33,951 nucleotides of DNA from Octopus bimaculoides. Lineage: Eukaryota. Shown piece after piece: positions 1 through 11,540 of the stretch; the stretch's first letter is position 1, and each line of letters opens with the position of its first letter. Where the stretch lies: positions 63,307,256 to 63,341,206 of the forward strand of contig NC_068985.1 in NCBI RefSeq assembly GCF_001194135.2, given 5' to 3'. The position numbers and the translations under genes were made by a program. A model generated the notes under the pieces. That model worked only from the letters and a program-made list of their open reading frames with translations, did not search any database and had not been told where the DNA came from.

Positions 1-262
1 GTCAACATTACATATTTCAGTAATTGACCAGTTAACGATATTGAAACTGTAAGTCACGACTGGTATGGCTAGAGCATTGATCGCTTCGATCCTGTTTCTC
101 GCGTTCAGCTCTGTCTTCAGTATTGCTCTCACCCTGCGATAACATTCTCTTCTGATCCTTTCCCTCATCACTGAGTGCTTGATATTGTCCCCTTCAATTA
201 CCCCTAGGTATTTGTAGCTCTCCGCTGGTTCTAACTCTTTTATGACATTTTGCTGGTCAAGG
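1..262 (-). mobile_element. R4/Dong-like RLE non-LTR retrotransposon fragment (end of RT and thumb), runs off the window start
   Basis: The minus strand translates openly as NVNLDQQNVIKELEPAESYKYLGVIEGDNIKHSVMRERIRRECYRRVRAILKTELNARNRIEAINALAIPVVTYSFNIVNW. YKYLG followed by RV..IL...LN..N.I.AIN..A.PV..YSF..V.W is typical of R4-clade elements. Confidence 0.8.
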
Positions 263-275
263 TTCACATTAGATG

Positions 276-277
<2 letters not shown>

Positions 278-343
<66 letters not shown>
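278..343. repeat. (TTA/TAA)n microsatellite
   Basis: Pure ATT run seen directly. It grades into degenerate AAT-rich sequence up to about 640. Confidence 0.97.
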
Positions 344-345
<2 letters not shown>

Positions 346-1994
346 TACTGAATTTAGTATTACTTCTATTATTATTATTGAATGTAGTATTACTTCTATC
401 GTTTGTAGTATCACACAAATTCGTTGTAGTATTATCAAGTGTTGTATCAGTAAGGCTTGAGTTATTATATCTATCGGCATCACTGTTTGTATTAGTTCCA
501 TTCTTCTGGATTCCTAGATATCCACTATTATTATCACCATTACAAGGGTTGAAAACACTATTAACAATATTATTATTACTAATCCGTCCGGATAATTTTA
601 TATTTCTTCTATTAAATCGGGCTATAATAGTACTTGTATTTACATTCCTTCCCCTCCGGATTTGATGGCCTTCTGCCAACATTGGAAACCAACATTGCAA
701 AATGTATGGATCAATTCAGTATTTAGGTATCTTGTAAAGATCTACCTCATATTCATAGAATACACTATATTGTAATAAATATCATTCACGTACAACAGTG
801 TGTGAATGACATTCTTAAGGTCAACAGTTACTCGCAACCACTTCTAGGCTTTGTCATTAATTCAGTATTTTTTTTTACTAAATTTGATGAGGTTTATTCA
901 TTTTTGGATTGGTCACCTCCTAAGCTACATCTTGAGTTAGAAAAATTGAAATTTGGTTCAGTAGGGAAAAAAGTTGAGATTCTAAATATGTGAAGTCGAA
1001 AAGGGGAGAATAACGCCTGAAATCGACTTCAGGGATATACACGCGATGCTGCATACATACTTTCGTAAACACACACACACCTACATACGTACATACATTC
1101 ATACACACCTACATACATTCATACATACCTACATATTTATTGCAGAAAAATGTTACTGAGGTTTAAAGTGTAATCATTTTCACCTAATCAGAAAACAGGA
1201 TTTAGAAGTTGGCATTTTCTGCATGATAGTTGTCTATCACAAAATGAAAGCAAAATCATTATATGAGGAGGAATTTTTTTATTAAACAAATGAAAGCAAA
1301 GCATTACCACAATCAAAGTTGTAAGAACTTCGGAAGTTTTAATAAGTTCTTTGTTTGCTTTAAAACTTTAATTCAATATTAAGAGTAGCAGAATTTAGAT
1401 TATTATATGACAAAGTGTTTGCTTTCAGCTATAGTATGCTTGGATTTTCAGAGTAGTAGGATTCAGATTTTTTATTTTCAGGCAAGTTAACAAGAACGGT
1501 AGCTGAATTGCAGGCTTTAGTTTTATTTTGCATGAATTGCAACTAAGAAACGAACTTTGCCCTAACTAGGGCAGGTGGCACCTCCTGCCTTACGGTGGTG
1601 TAATGGCTATTTTTGCATTTTTAAAAATGTTATATTAGTCATGGCTTTACTATTCATATGATCAGGTTCTCTTCTTGTTATATAGTTGATATATTCTCAT
1701 ACCCCTTTTTGCTAGCTCTTCTTACTATACATACATATAGCTAATTTATTTCTTGATTTTATAATAAAATTAGTATTACATTAATATTCGCCATTATATA
1801 GAAAATTATTTTTCATAATGAATTTTCCCACATTCTTTTTAGGCGCGTTCCTATTATGCACTTTATTTCAATATAAAAATTTATATGCAGTGAAGATATA
1901 CGATCTAATAGTTCTTACAACTATAATTATATTTCTCATTCATAAAATTCTTATTTTAATTCAATCATCAACAATGAAAAACAATACAAATATT

Positions 1995-2430
1995 GGATCT
2001 TTTCCTTTTGGCCGGCACATAGAAAAATAATTTTTTGTAACTAAACACTTTCAAATTTCGTATACTGGTAGAATGTGTCATTTAAAACATCATTTACTCT
2101 TAGCGTTTTTAAGAAAATTCTTTATTTTCGAAGTTATTTCGTGTTAAAGTTGTCGTCTTTCGGTAATGTCAACCAATCAATGACGTCTATTGAAGTGAAA
2201 ACAATTACTGCTGTGGTTTGTCAACATGACTTTCTGACGGTGTAAATTTACTTTGTCTGTTATTTATGACATCGTTCGTGCGTTTGTACTGGTTTTAGCT
2301 TTGGGGTTTTAGGGTTAGGGTTAGGGTTCAGGTTTTAGAGTTAGGGTTAGGGTTTGGGTTTTAGGGTTAGGGATAGGGTTTTAGAGTTAGGGTTAGGTTT
2401 AAGGTTTTAGGGTTAGGTTAGGGTTTTTTT
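1995..2430 (+). mobile_element. Single arm of the GGATCTTT-terminated, telomere-repeat-bearing MITE family
   Basis: Starts GGATCTTTTCC and matches 16253-16680 in blocks (AAACACTTTCAAA, CAACCAATCA.TGACGTCTATTGA.GTGAAAACAATTACTGCTGTGGTTTGTCAAC, TTTATGACATCGTTCGTGCGTTTGTACTGGTTTTAGCTTT), then a TTAGGG-like tract. No mirrored arm was found. Confidence 0.8.
2301..2425 (+). repeat. Degenerate interstitial (TTAGGG)n tract
   Basis: TTAGGG hexamers mixed with TTTTAGGG, TTAGAG and TTCAGG variants. Confidence 0.9.
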
Positions 2431-3330
2431 CAGCTACTATTTTCGAAAAGACATTTTTGCCCCCCCCCCTCCAATTTTGGGTTTAATCCAACTACTAATA
2501 CAATTTCACAACAATGTCGTCGCAGGTGTTTTTAACCGTGAGGGCACATAAAATCGGTACAAATACCACAAGGTATTTTGTCTGACCCACCCGCCAATCC
2601 ACCGTTCTGGATTGGTTCCTTATTTATTGACTAAAAAAAAAAATGAATGGTAAAGTTGGCGTCGAAGGAAAGTAGAAACAAATACCGCTGTCTGTCCAGT
2701 GCCCTAACGACTCAGCTACTCTACCATTAACTAATGTTAAATCATTTAACGATAACTGGGACGATCATCAAATCAATCTTGAACACGTATCCCTCAACGT
2801 TGTTTCCATTATTTCAGTAATACTATGAGTGTGTAATGGTTAGCGGCTGGTTTACCAATCAGTTAATGGTTATTGTAGTGATCGAACATTTTTATTGACC
2901 TGGGTTGTTGTTGTTGTTGTTGTTTATGCCCGAGTCGGCTATGATCGATCAAACCTATGATGAAAGACATTCTAGTTGTAATATTTCCATATTATATTCA
3001 GACAATGTATAATAGACTACCTTATCCAGTGTTTTATGTTTTTGTTTTAAAGACTAGAGGTTTTGATATTTGAGGGAGAATTAGCTACGTTGGTTATACC
3101 TAGCAAGCAAAGCGGGCACGATGAGAGTGATTTCAGGCTGAGAAAGGAACTGGGCTCTCTTAAACACTAGTAAGATGCGCGGTGAATCAGTTAATTGCAA
3201 TATAAACACTAGCACGTGCTAACATCTGGCATTTATTAGGGCTGCATAGAATTTAGTAGTCTCTTTCTTACATTTGTTCTTTCTTTCTATCCGCTTTTCT
3301 TAACTTCTTCCTTTCTATGTATTTATTTAT

Positions 3331-3385
<55 letters not shown>

Positions 3386-3475
3386 NNNNNNNNNNNNNNN
3401 NNNNNNNNNNNNNNNNNNNNNNNNNNNNNNNNNNNNNNNNNNNNNNNNNNNNNNNNNNNNNNNNNNNNNNNNNNN
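3386..3475. other. Assembly gap between (GA)n and (TG)n/(GA)n microsatellites
   Basis: N run flanked by dinucleotide repeats. Confidence 0.99.
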
Positions 3476-3495
3476 TGTGTGTGTGTGTGTATGCG

Positions 3496-3544
<49 letters not shown>

Positions 3545-4139
3545 CTATTTCTATGCATGTAAATTCAAAAAGATGAGTGTGGAGTGAGGGAGAGGAAAAC
3601 AGGAAAGGGTTTAAAAGAATAGAACAGTTACAAAGAGATAGAGCGAAGCACGTACACAAACGCACGCAAACGCGCGCGCGCGCGCATGCATACACATGTA
3701 TAAATATATGTCAGAAATCCATCATAACGTGATTCCTGGCTAATATCTAACTCAGTAAGCCTTGTAAATCACTCAATTTCTGATGTGTCTAATAACAATC
3801 TAAAATTCTGATCTAAATCCAATTAAATGCCTTAGACCCTTATAAACCTTAGCATAAAAATAAAGGGCAATGGAAAGAATTAAACTAGCCCTAGTCTTAT
3901 TGCAGACATTGGAAACTGTAAACAACTAAAACTTTAATAGGGGATAACGTCAATATTTTGGAGAATATTAAAATACATTAAAAAATATGAACCAAAAATG
4001 GGACGTATAAATAACTATAGGAACATTGCGATAAAAATTATATCGAAATATACATAGACACCCCATCATCAGCTACTCTATTGGAAACCATTGTGCTTTC
4101 GACACATCCATATGTATCAGTATATAAATATGCTCATAT

Positions 4140-4164
4140 ATGTGTGTGTGTGTGTGTGTGTGCG

Positions 4165-4190
<26 letters not shown>
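4140..4190. repeat. (TG)n-CG-(CA)n self-complementary microsatellite
   Basis: TG run immediately followed by a CA run. Confidence 0.9.
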
Positions 4191-4201
<11 letters not shown>

Positions 4202-5287
4202 GCACAAACACAAAGATAAACACAAATACACACACACGCATAACGCACACACACGCATATATGTAGCAGTCAAGGTAGTTTATCGTCATTGTCAGTGATT
4301 CCCAAACTGGTTTGTCGCAGAATCGTTTTACGATTTTCCAGATATTCCGGAACCATGCGTTTAATCTATGAAGATCTGTTGCTCTAATTAAAAGACACGA
4401 ATACAGACAAAATCAAGACAATGGTTGAGCTCCAATGAACGCTTAGTGATTCGATTAATCGAGTTGATCAGAAAATTCAAATACCTGAGTGTCTAAATCT
4501 ACAGTAACTGCTGCAGAAGCAGGAAGTGTGCCACCGGATGTGTATAGGCCACAAAACAACGATCAACCTCGCAATGGCGTGCAAACAAAAAACTCGCATC
4601 TTTTTACTCACAGGTATTGAATAGTCTCGATGGGTACTACTTTGGGTAAGTGCCAGATTTGGACACCGTATCGACATTATACTAATATTTTTTTGTCACT
4701 CTAGCTTTATTCACAGCACGAACGTACGCAATTTTCTCTCCAAATCCAAGATATTTGTAACATCCATCACTGGTGACAAGGGATGTAGACAAGCCATTCA
4801 TTTGTTTACTAAATATGAACACTTAACATGACTAAATTCTATTCCTATGTTCTACAACAATATTGTGACTGGTTTTAACTGCTTCTTGGTGTCGTGACTA
4901 TTACTTAAACACAGTTTAATGTCATCGACAAAAAGAAGTGTGGGTGACATTAATTTTTCTTATCTCTGCAGTTGCTTTCATTTTGCCTTTGTATCTCATT
5001 CACAGGGCTGAGATAAGTATGTATGAATGAATGTATGCATATATGTGTCCAGATAGAAGAATGCATGGATGTGTGTATATATATATATTTATGAATGTAC
5101 ATACATATATATATGAATCTTTCCTTGTAAATTACACACACACACACATGTACACACACATACAAAGTTTTGGGGGTTCAATTTGAAAGTTTATATAAAA
5201 GGAAAAGAAAACAAAATATCCCATCCAAAATAAAAATATTTTAAAAAGTCCAAAATATAAACTAGATTATGGCTGGGAGATAATAAT

Positions 5288-6321
5288 TTATTCAAAGTAG
5301 CTGCTCTCAACTGCTACCACGATTTCAGACGGCTCCAGTATCTGGTGCATGTGTTACTCACTGTATCCTTGGGAAGATCTTCGAACATCTTCCTGATCTT
5401 CGCCACCAGCTCTGCCTTGGTATCTCAGGTAGAGTGGCTGGTGTCTCTTTCAAATTCGCCCCACACATAGTAATCCATGGAATTACAATCGAGGAAATTG
5501 GGAGGACAGTAATTGAGCTTGGTGAAATCGTAGAAATTCTCCGACAATCAGTTTTGACTCTTTCTAGCAGTATAGCAAGGTGCAAACTCCTGCTGCTACA
5601 CATATGGCCTTCCAGTAATAATCCTTTCCAGCCCGGGTTTGATCAGTTTCCAGCAGCTCCACATAACCGTCTGATTTGAGCCTAAGGCCCCGTTCAAAGA
5701 CCCTTTGCAACTGACTCTGGCCGAAGTTTTTTCCATTTAAGTAGAACCAGATCATCCCCGGTTCAACAGGATGTCTCAGCATGTTCAGGAGCTTCTTTGC
5801 CTTCGTCAAGCGGTTCTCCTTGACCTTGGCTGTCAGAATTTGTCCCTTGCGCCTCTTGTACGAGTGGTAGTGAAGGTCCTCATTCAGGGCCAGCTTCAGT
5901 TTTCTCGCCAAGGCCTAGATTTCTTTCCTTGGATCTTCCATCACCTTGTCTTACACTTGTTGGATAAATTTGGGCGTGCGGACGGAGTCAGAACGCCTGT
6001 TGTATTCCTTCTAGCTGGCTACAGCTTCGTAGTCTCCGCTACAGTTGTCCATGTCACATCTTATAGCCTTTACAGTATTAACAAAACATTGAGCAGCTGT
6101 CATGGTGCCGGTATGCTGATAGCCAGCATGAATCATCATGATACAGGTACGCTTTCCCGATATTCAGATGGCTCCCAGTCCCCCATGTCAGCTAACTTTT
6201 TCCAAACTACAACTTTAATCATTATAGTCTCTAACGCCGTTGACTTTTTCATCAATACATCAAGCTATTTCTGAAAAAAGGAGACATAAAAAAATCGTCA
6301 AATTTAGCTCGATCACCCCGT
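5288..6321 (-). mobile_element. Decayed Tc1/mariner transposon, maT (DD37D)-type; transposase pseudogene at about 6186 to 5288
   Basis: Minus-strand remnants RSDSVRTPKFIQQV, ALNEDLHYHSYKRRKGQIL, EPGMIWF and GRPYV*QQEFAPCYTARKSQN*LSENFYDF...CPPNFLDCNSMDYYVWG. There are 37 residues between the second acidic position (QQE, decayed from QQD) and the D of MDYY. The 5' end reads ACGGGGTGATC, a mariner-like terminus. Several stops and an internal deletion are present. Confidence 0.85.
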
Positions 6322-6628
6322 TTGTGCACGTGTGTATGACTGTGTGAATGTAGGTTTGGAGGTATGTGTATATGTAAGAGTGTATGTGTATATCTATGTA
6401 AATGTGTATGTATGTATGTATGTATGTATGTATGTATGTATGTGTGTGCGTGCATGTGTATAAAGTGTATGTGTATTTGTATGTATGCGTCTGAGATAAT
6501 ATTTTAAGAAATTGGAAGTAAAGTGTGTGGGTGAGCATCCGTAACAAAGTGTTGGAGGGAAGGGAGAAAAGGGAGAGATGGGAGAGAAAGAAAGACGGGG
6601 AGGAAAGGAAAAGAGTAACTATACATGG

Positions 6629-6690
<62 letters not shown>

Positions 6691-7644
6691 NNNNNNNNNN
6701 NNNNNNNNNNNNNNNNNNNNNNNNNNNNNNNNNNNNNNNNNNNNNNNNNNNNNNNNNNNNNNNNNNNNNNNNNNNNNNNNNNNNNNNNNNNNNNNNNNNN
6801 NNNNNNNNNNNNNNNNNNNNNNNNNNNNNNNNNNNNNNNNNNNNNNNNNNNNNNNNNNNNNNNNNNNNNNNNNNNNNNNNNNNNNNNNNNNNNNNNNNNN
6901 NNNNNNNNNNNNNNNNNNNNNNNNNNNNNNNNNNNNNNNNNNNNNNNNNNNNNNNNNNNNNNNNNNNNNNNNNNNNNNNNNNNNNNNNNNNNNNNNNNNN
7001 NNNNNNNNNNNNNNNNNNNNNNNNNNNNNNNNNNNNNNNNNNNNNNNNNNNNNNNNNNNNNNNNNNNNNNNNNNNNNNNNNNNNNNNNNNNNNNNNNNNN
7101 NNNNNNNNNNNNNNNNNNNNNNNNNNNNNNNNNNNNNNNNNNNNNNNNNNNNNNNNNNNNNNNNNNNNNNNNNNNNNNNNNNNNNNNNNNNNNNNNNNNN
7201 NNNNNNNNNNNNNNNNNNNNNNNNNNNNNNNNNNNNNNNNNNNNNNNNNNNNNNNNNNNNNNNNNNNNNNNNNNNNNNNNNNNNNNNNNNNNNNNNNNNN
7301 NNNNNNNNNNNNNNNNNNNNNNNNNNNNNNNNNNNNNNNNNNNNNNNNNNNNNNNNNNNNNNNNNNNNNNNNNNNNNNNNNNNNNNNNNNNNNNNNNNNN
7401 NNNNNNNNNNNNNNNNNNNNNNNNNNNNNNNNNNNNNNNNNNNNNNNNNNNNNNNNNNNNNNNNNNNNNNNNNNNNNNNNNNNNNNNNNNNNNNNNNNNN
7501 NNNNNNNNNNNNNNNNNNNNNNNNNNNNNNNNNNNNNNNNNNNNNNNNNNNNNNNNNNNNNNNNNNNNNNNNNNNNNNNNNNNNNNNNNNNNNNNNNNNN
7601 NNNNNNNNNNNNNNNNNNNNNNNNNNNNNNNNNNNNNNNNNNNN
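6691..7644. other. Assembly gap between (TG)n and (CTA)n
   Basis: N run. Confidence 0.99.
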
Positions 7645-7770
7645 ACTACTACTACTACTACTACTACTACTACATCTGCTGCTGCTGCTGCTACTACTAC
7701 TACTGCTGCTGCTGCTGGTGATGATGATGATGATGCAATTGCTGGTGGTGATGATGGTGCTGCAACAGCA
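7645..7770. repeat. Compound trinucleotide repeat (CTA)n(CTG)n(CTA)n(CTG)n(GAT)n
   Basis: Seen directly. Confidence 0.9.
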
Positions 7771-7875
7771 TAAAAAAAAAACATGAAATAACACGAATAG
7801 AAAAAACATTTTTGTTTTTCTTATACACGATTCTTTTTAATGGGACAAGGGAGAGAATGCGAGAGAACGAGAAAT

Positions 7876-7921
<46 letters not shown>

Positions 7922-8627
7922 GAGAGAGAGTGTGTGTGTGAGAGAGAGAAAGAGGGAGAGAGAGAGAATGTGCACGTGTGTGTTACAGTCTGAATAATGT
8001 GGCCCGCTTTATGATGTGTATGTGAGTATGTGTGAATGATAGTATGACTGTGTACCTGTGTAACTGTGTACTTGTGTGTGTGTGTGTGTGTAAAAATGAT
8101 GGGGCTGTTAATATGTGTTGACAATAATTGAGGGTGTTACTAATAATAATGGTGTCTTGCAGTGTACCTGATCTTGTACACCCACTTCACCTGTAGCCGG
8201 AACCCTACTACAGGGCAAATAGTTAGGTCCTACTGTAACATGGTAGCCTAATTAATAACGATTAAATTAACCCACATTGCTTGGCTACTGTCGAGTTTAA
8301 TCTATCAACACTTTAGGAGTGAAAGGCTAAGATGCCCTTCCTAGGAAGTGAACTCAGAACGTAAAAAGCAGAAACAAATGCCAAAAGACATTTGCCCGAT
8401 GTTCAAATAATTCTTCAACTCTAAGAATGTAAAATTAACGGGGGGGAAAAAAAAAAATTTAAGTTTGGTTTTATCTGAAAATTGATTAAAGGGAAATAAC
8501 TGCAACTGACTGTTGCCAATATTTTAATCCCACCCTCCACCTTTTACATCATCACGTCTCCAGACGTACACACCTTTTTTTTCTCTCTCACTGCCTCTCA
8601 CCCAAACTAATGAATAAAACCCCTCCC

Positions 8628-8739
<112 letters not shown>

Positions 8740-9346
8740 AGCAGATAGATAGATACACACACATACATACATATGTATGTATGTATGTTTTATGAATGTA
8801 TATGTACGGTTGCGTCTTGGTATACATATACCCAGCCATCTCACCTCGTCATCCTTTTAAAGAGTGCTCTCTGTTTACATAAATGTGTGTTTGTGCATGT
8901 GCGCGCGCATGATTTGAGAGGGAGAATTAAAGAGAGGGAGGAGAGAAAGAGAGTGTGTGTGTGTGTGTGGGTGAATAGTTGCGGAACAAAGTAAAGAGGT
9001 TTGTTTCACCAGTAAAAATATGGAAATACAAATATATATATATATATAATAAATAATTAAATAAAAAAAATAAAACTTCGCTGTAAGACTAGATAAATAA
9101 ATAAATAAATAAATGAGTAATGAGTTTCACCGCCGCTGCTGCCTCTGCCTTAGTGTTAACCATATTAACTAATAGAGGGAGGGGGTTGAGAACTCTTCGT
9201 ACTCCCTCACCCTCATTTATCTACATGAGTAGCGGTGGGGTGATGTACAGTAATAGAGATAAGGGAGGAGGTAATGCTTAAGAGGAAGGAAGGGGTGAAG
9301 ACAGCTGAGTAGTAGCAGGTGTACTGCCAGTCGGAAGACAATTCTC

Positions 9347-9352
9347 TCAGTT
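9347..9352 (+). promoter_or_regulatory. Possible Initiator (TCAGTT) for the tropomyosin-like gene
   Basis: TCAGTT lies about 125 bp upstream of the ATG, downstream of a purine/G-rich TATA-less stretch. This is a short motif match only. Confidence 0.25.
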
Positions 9353-9475
9353 CCATATTTCTGCAGCCTGAGAGCGGAGTGCGTTTTCTTCGTTTCTTCT
9401 CAACTCGAACCGGTTCCTTCGAGTGGAATTCTTAATAAACTTTCTTTCTTCTCCGATTGACAGTAAACTTTAGCC

Positions 9476-10000
9476 ATGGATCGTGAAACATATCTGAAAA
9501 AAGTCCAGGCCATCAGAGTGGCCAAAGAAACTGCTATGGACAAGGTGGAGGTCATTGAGGAAAAACTGAAGGCCACCGAGTCCGAAAGGAGCCGCTTGGA
9601 TGAGGAACTGAACTGGTTACAAAAGAAATATTCTAACATGGAGAAAGAACTGGATACTGTGAACAATGACCTGTCTAAAGCCCAGGACATGATGCACTAC
9701 GCCGAAGAAAGAGTTAGCGAGTGTGATACAGAGATCCAGAACTTGCAAAGGAGGATACAAATGTTGGAGTTACAACTTGAGAGAAGTGAAGAAGCTTTGT
9801 CTGTGAAAAAGACCGAAGAAGTAACAAACCAGGAGAAGCTGAAGGAAGCCGAGTTGAGGGCAACAAACGCCGAACGAACGGTGACCAAACTGGAAGAAGA
9901 TCTGGAGAAAATGGAAGTCTCATTGAACGAAGAGAAGGAAAAATATAACCAACTCATTAAAGATTTAGATGATGCTTACAACGATGTAGCATTGTATTAA
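9476..10000 (+). CDS. Short (174 aa) tropomyosin-like coiled-coil protein with an uninterrupted coding sequence
   Basis: Intact ORF with GCCATGG start context and an in-frame TAA at 9464-9466 that fixes the start. Tropomyosin signatures: KKVQAI...AMDK, LQKKYSN.E..LD, RVSECDTEI..L.RRIQMLE..LERSEE, KLKEAE.RA..AERTV.KL, EKEKY....DLD.AY.D..LY-stop. Confidence 0.9.
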   Translation: MDRETYLKKVQAIRVAKETAMDKVEVIEEKLKATESERSRLDEELNWLQKKYSNMEKELDTVNNDLSKAQDMMHYAEERVSECDTEIQNLQRRIQMLELQLERSEEALSVKKTEEVTNQEKLKEAELRATNAERTVTKLEEDLEKMEVSLNEEKEKYNQLIKDLDDAYNDVALY

Positions 10001-10201
10001 AATACAACTGCCTCATACTTAACTTTCTCCTTCCCGTCCGACTTGACTCTTTTGCAATTTTATTTTCTTCCCCTCACGAGAAAGGTAAGAAATTTAATGT
10101 TTTCAGCCAGATATTATTTAAAAGTGAATATTAGCCATAACATCAGACAAACATTATTTCTAATAATGACAATGCAAGCAGCATAAAACAGCGCTGTTAA
10201 C

Positions 10202-10207
10202 AATAAA
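10202..10207 (+). terminator. Candidate polyadenylation signal AATAAA
   Basis: First canonical AATAAA about 200 nt after the stop, followed by an A9 tract at 10220-10228. Confidence 0.4.
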
Positions 10208-11349
10208 AAGCAGTTAATTAAAAAAAAAGATGTAATTAAGATTAGTGGAACATCTCTAATCTTTTTTTATTTTTATATTTTTAAATTGTGAAAATTATTT
10301 GGAGGAAAACAAACCTACTCTGCACCTTCTCTATCGATGTCCTATTTATAATCCAGTTAGTTCACCAGTTAACCAATAATCCAGCGATCATATTGTTTAT
10401 CATTGATTGATTGATGATCACAAAGATCAATATGCCAACGACAGTCACACTATATCACCAACCGGTGTTCTCTAAGTAATTTTATCTCTGTTATTCACAT
10501 TAATCAAACGTTTTAACAAGAAAAAATTTTAAAGGTAAAAGCCAAGCGTTAGCCCTGCCGTGTTTGTAGTTTTGCTGGAAACCAAGTTGTTTGGAACTTT
10601 ATTAACCAGAGACCAACATCACAGGTCACAGTTGAAGCAACCAAGTCTTCTTTAACAACACCTTTGGAAATGTGTGAAAGATCGCCAAGCAAACAATAAT
10701 AAAGCAAAACAAAAACAGAAACAAGAAAAACAATGATTTATTTTGAAAATGAATATTTGCAAGAAGAAAATAAACTTTAAAAATCTATGACTAGAATCTT
10801 CATCTTGGAAATAAATTTGTTTACATTTAATATTTGTTCATTTTTAGTAAAAATAGCGTTAAGTGTCTTGTCGAAGGACCAACATAAACAAAACAACAGA
10901 CAAAAACAAATGTGAACAGCTGTTCCTGAAAGAAAAACTGAAGTCAGTTATATATATATAAAATAGTAAATGATGAAAGATGTACAACAAATCTGAACTA
11001 ATTCCATCATGGAATTGTTTGCCGACTGACTTCAGTATTCTTATTTGTATCCTTTTACTGCTATTTTGATGTCTTAATTCTTCAGTTTTTATTCTAATTG
11101 TTTTTGTTGTTGGCATTTTTATATTTGTTATAATACTGTTTATTTCTTTATTTTTCTTACCAATTTACCCAATTCTTGAGATACACTTCTAGTGTTGCAT
11201 GCGTGGTGGTAGTCGGATATATGAGTGGTGCGAAAATTTATGAATAGAGTAGAGATTCATATTTGTGAATGGGTGAGAAATTTTAGTGAATGAAGCGGAA
11301 AAGTGTATACTACAGTTGTACACACACACACGCGCGCGCGCGCGCGTGT

Positions 11350-11455
11350 ACACACGTATATATATTTGTTTATATACATACATATATATATATATATATA
11401 TACATATATTTATATACATATACATTTATATACATATATATATATATATTTATAT

Positions 11456-11514
<59 letters not shown>

Positions 11515-11540
11515 CATACATATACATGCATATATATATT
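11350..11540. repeat. (TA)n-rich microsatellite
   Basis: Seen directly, preceded by (CA)n(CG)n. Confidence 0.95.

Noticed and set aside
269-700. 143-aa N/T/S-rich ORF (-) and overlapping 130-aa poly-Leu ORF (+)
   Set aside because: These are translations of a degenerate-to-pure TAA repeat with no recognisable domain.
6504-7809. Long ~400-aa ORFs across N runs (also 3268-3695 and 20196-20951)
   Set aside because: Artefacts of assembly gaps and microsatellites.
9400-9957. Antisense ORFs over the tropomyosin-like CDS
   Set aside because: Shadow frames of a GAA-rich coiled-coil gene.
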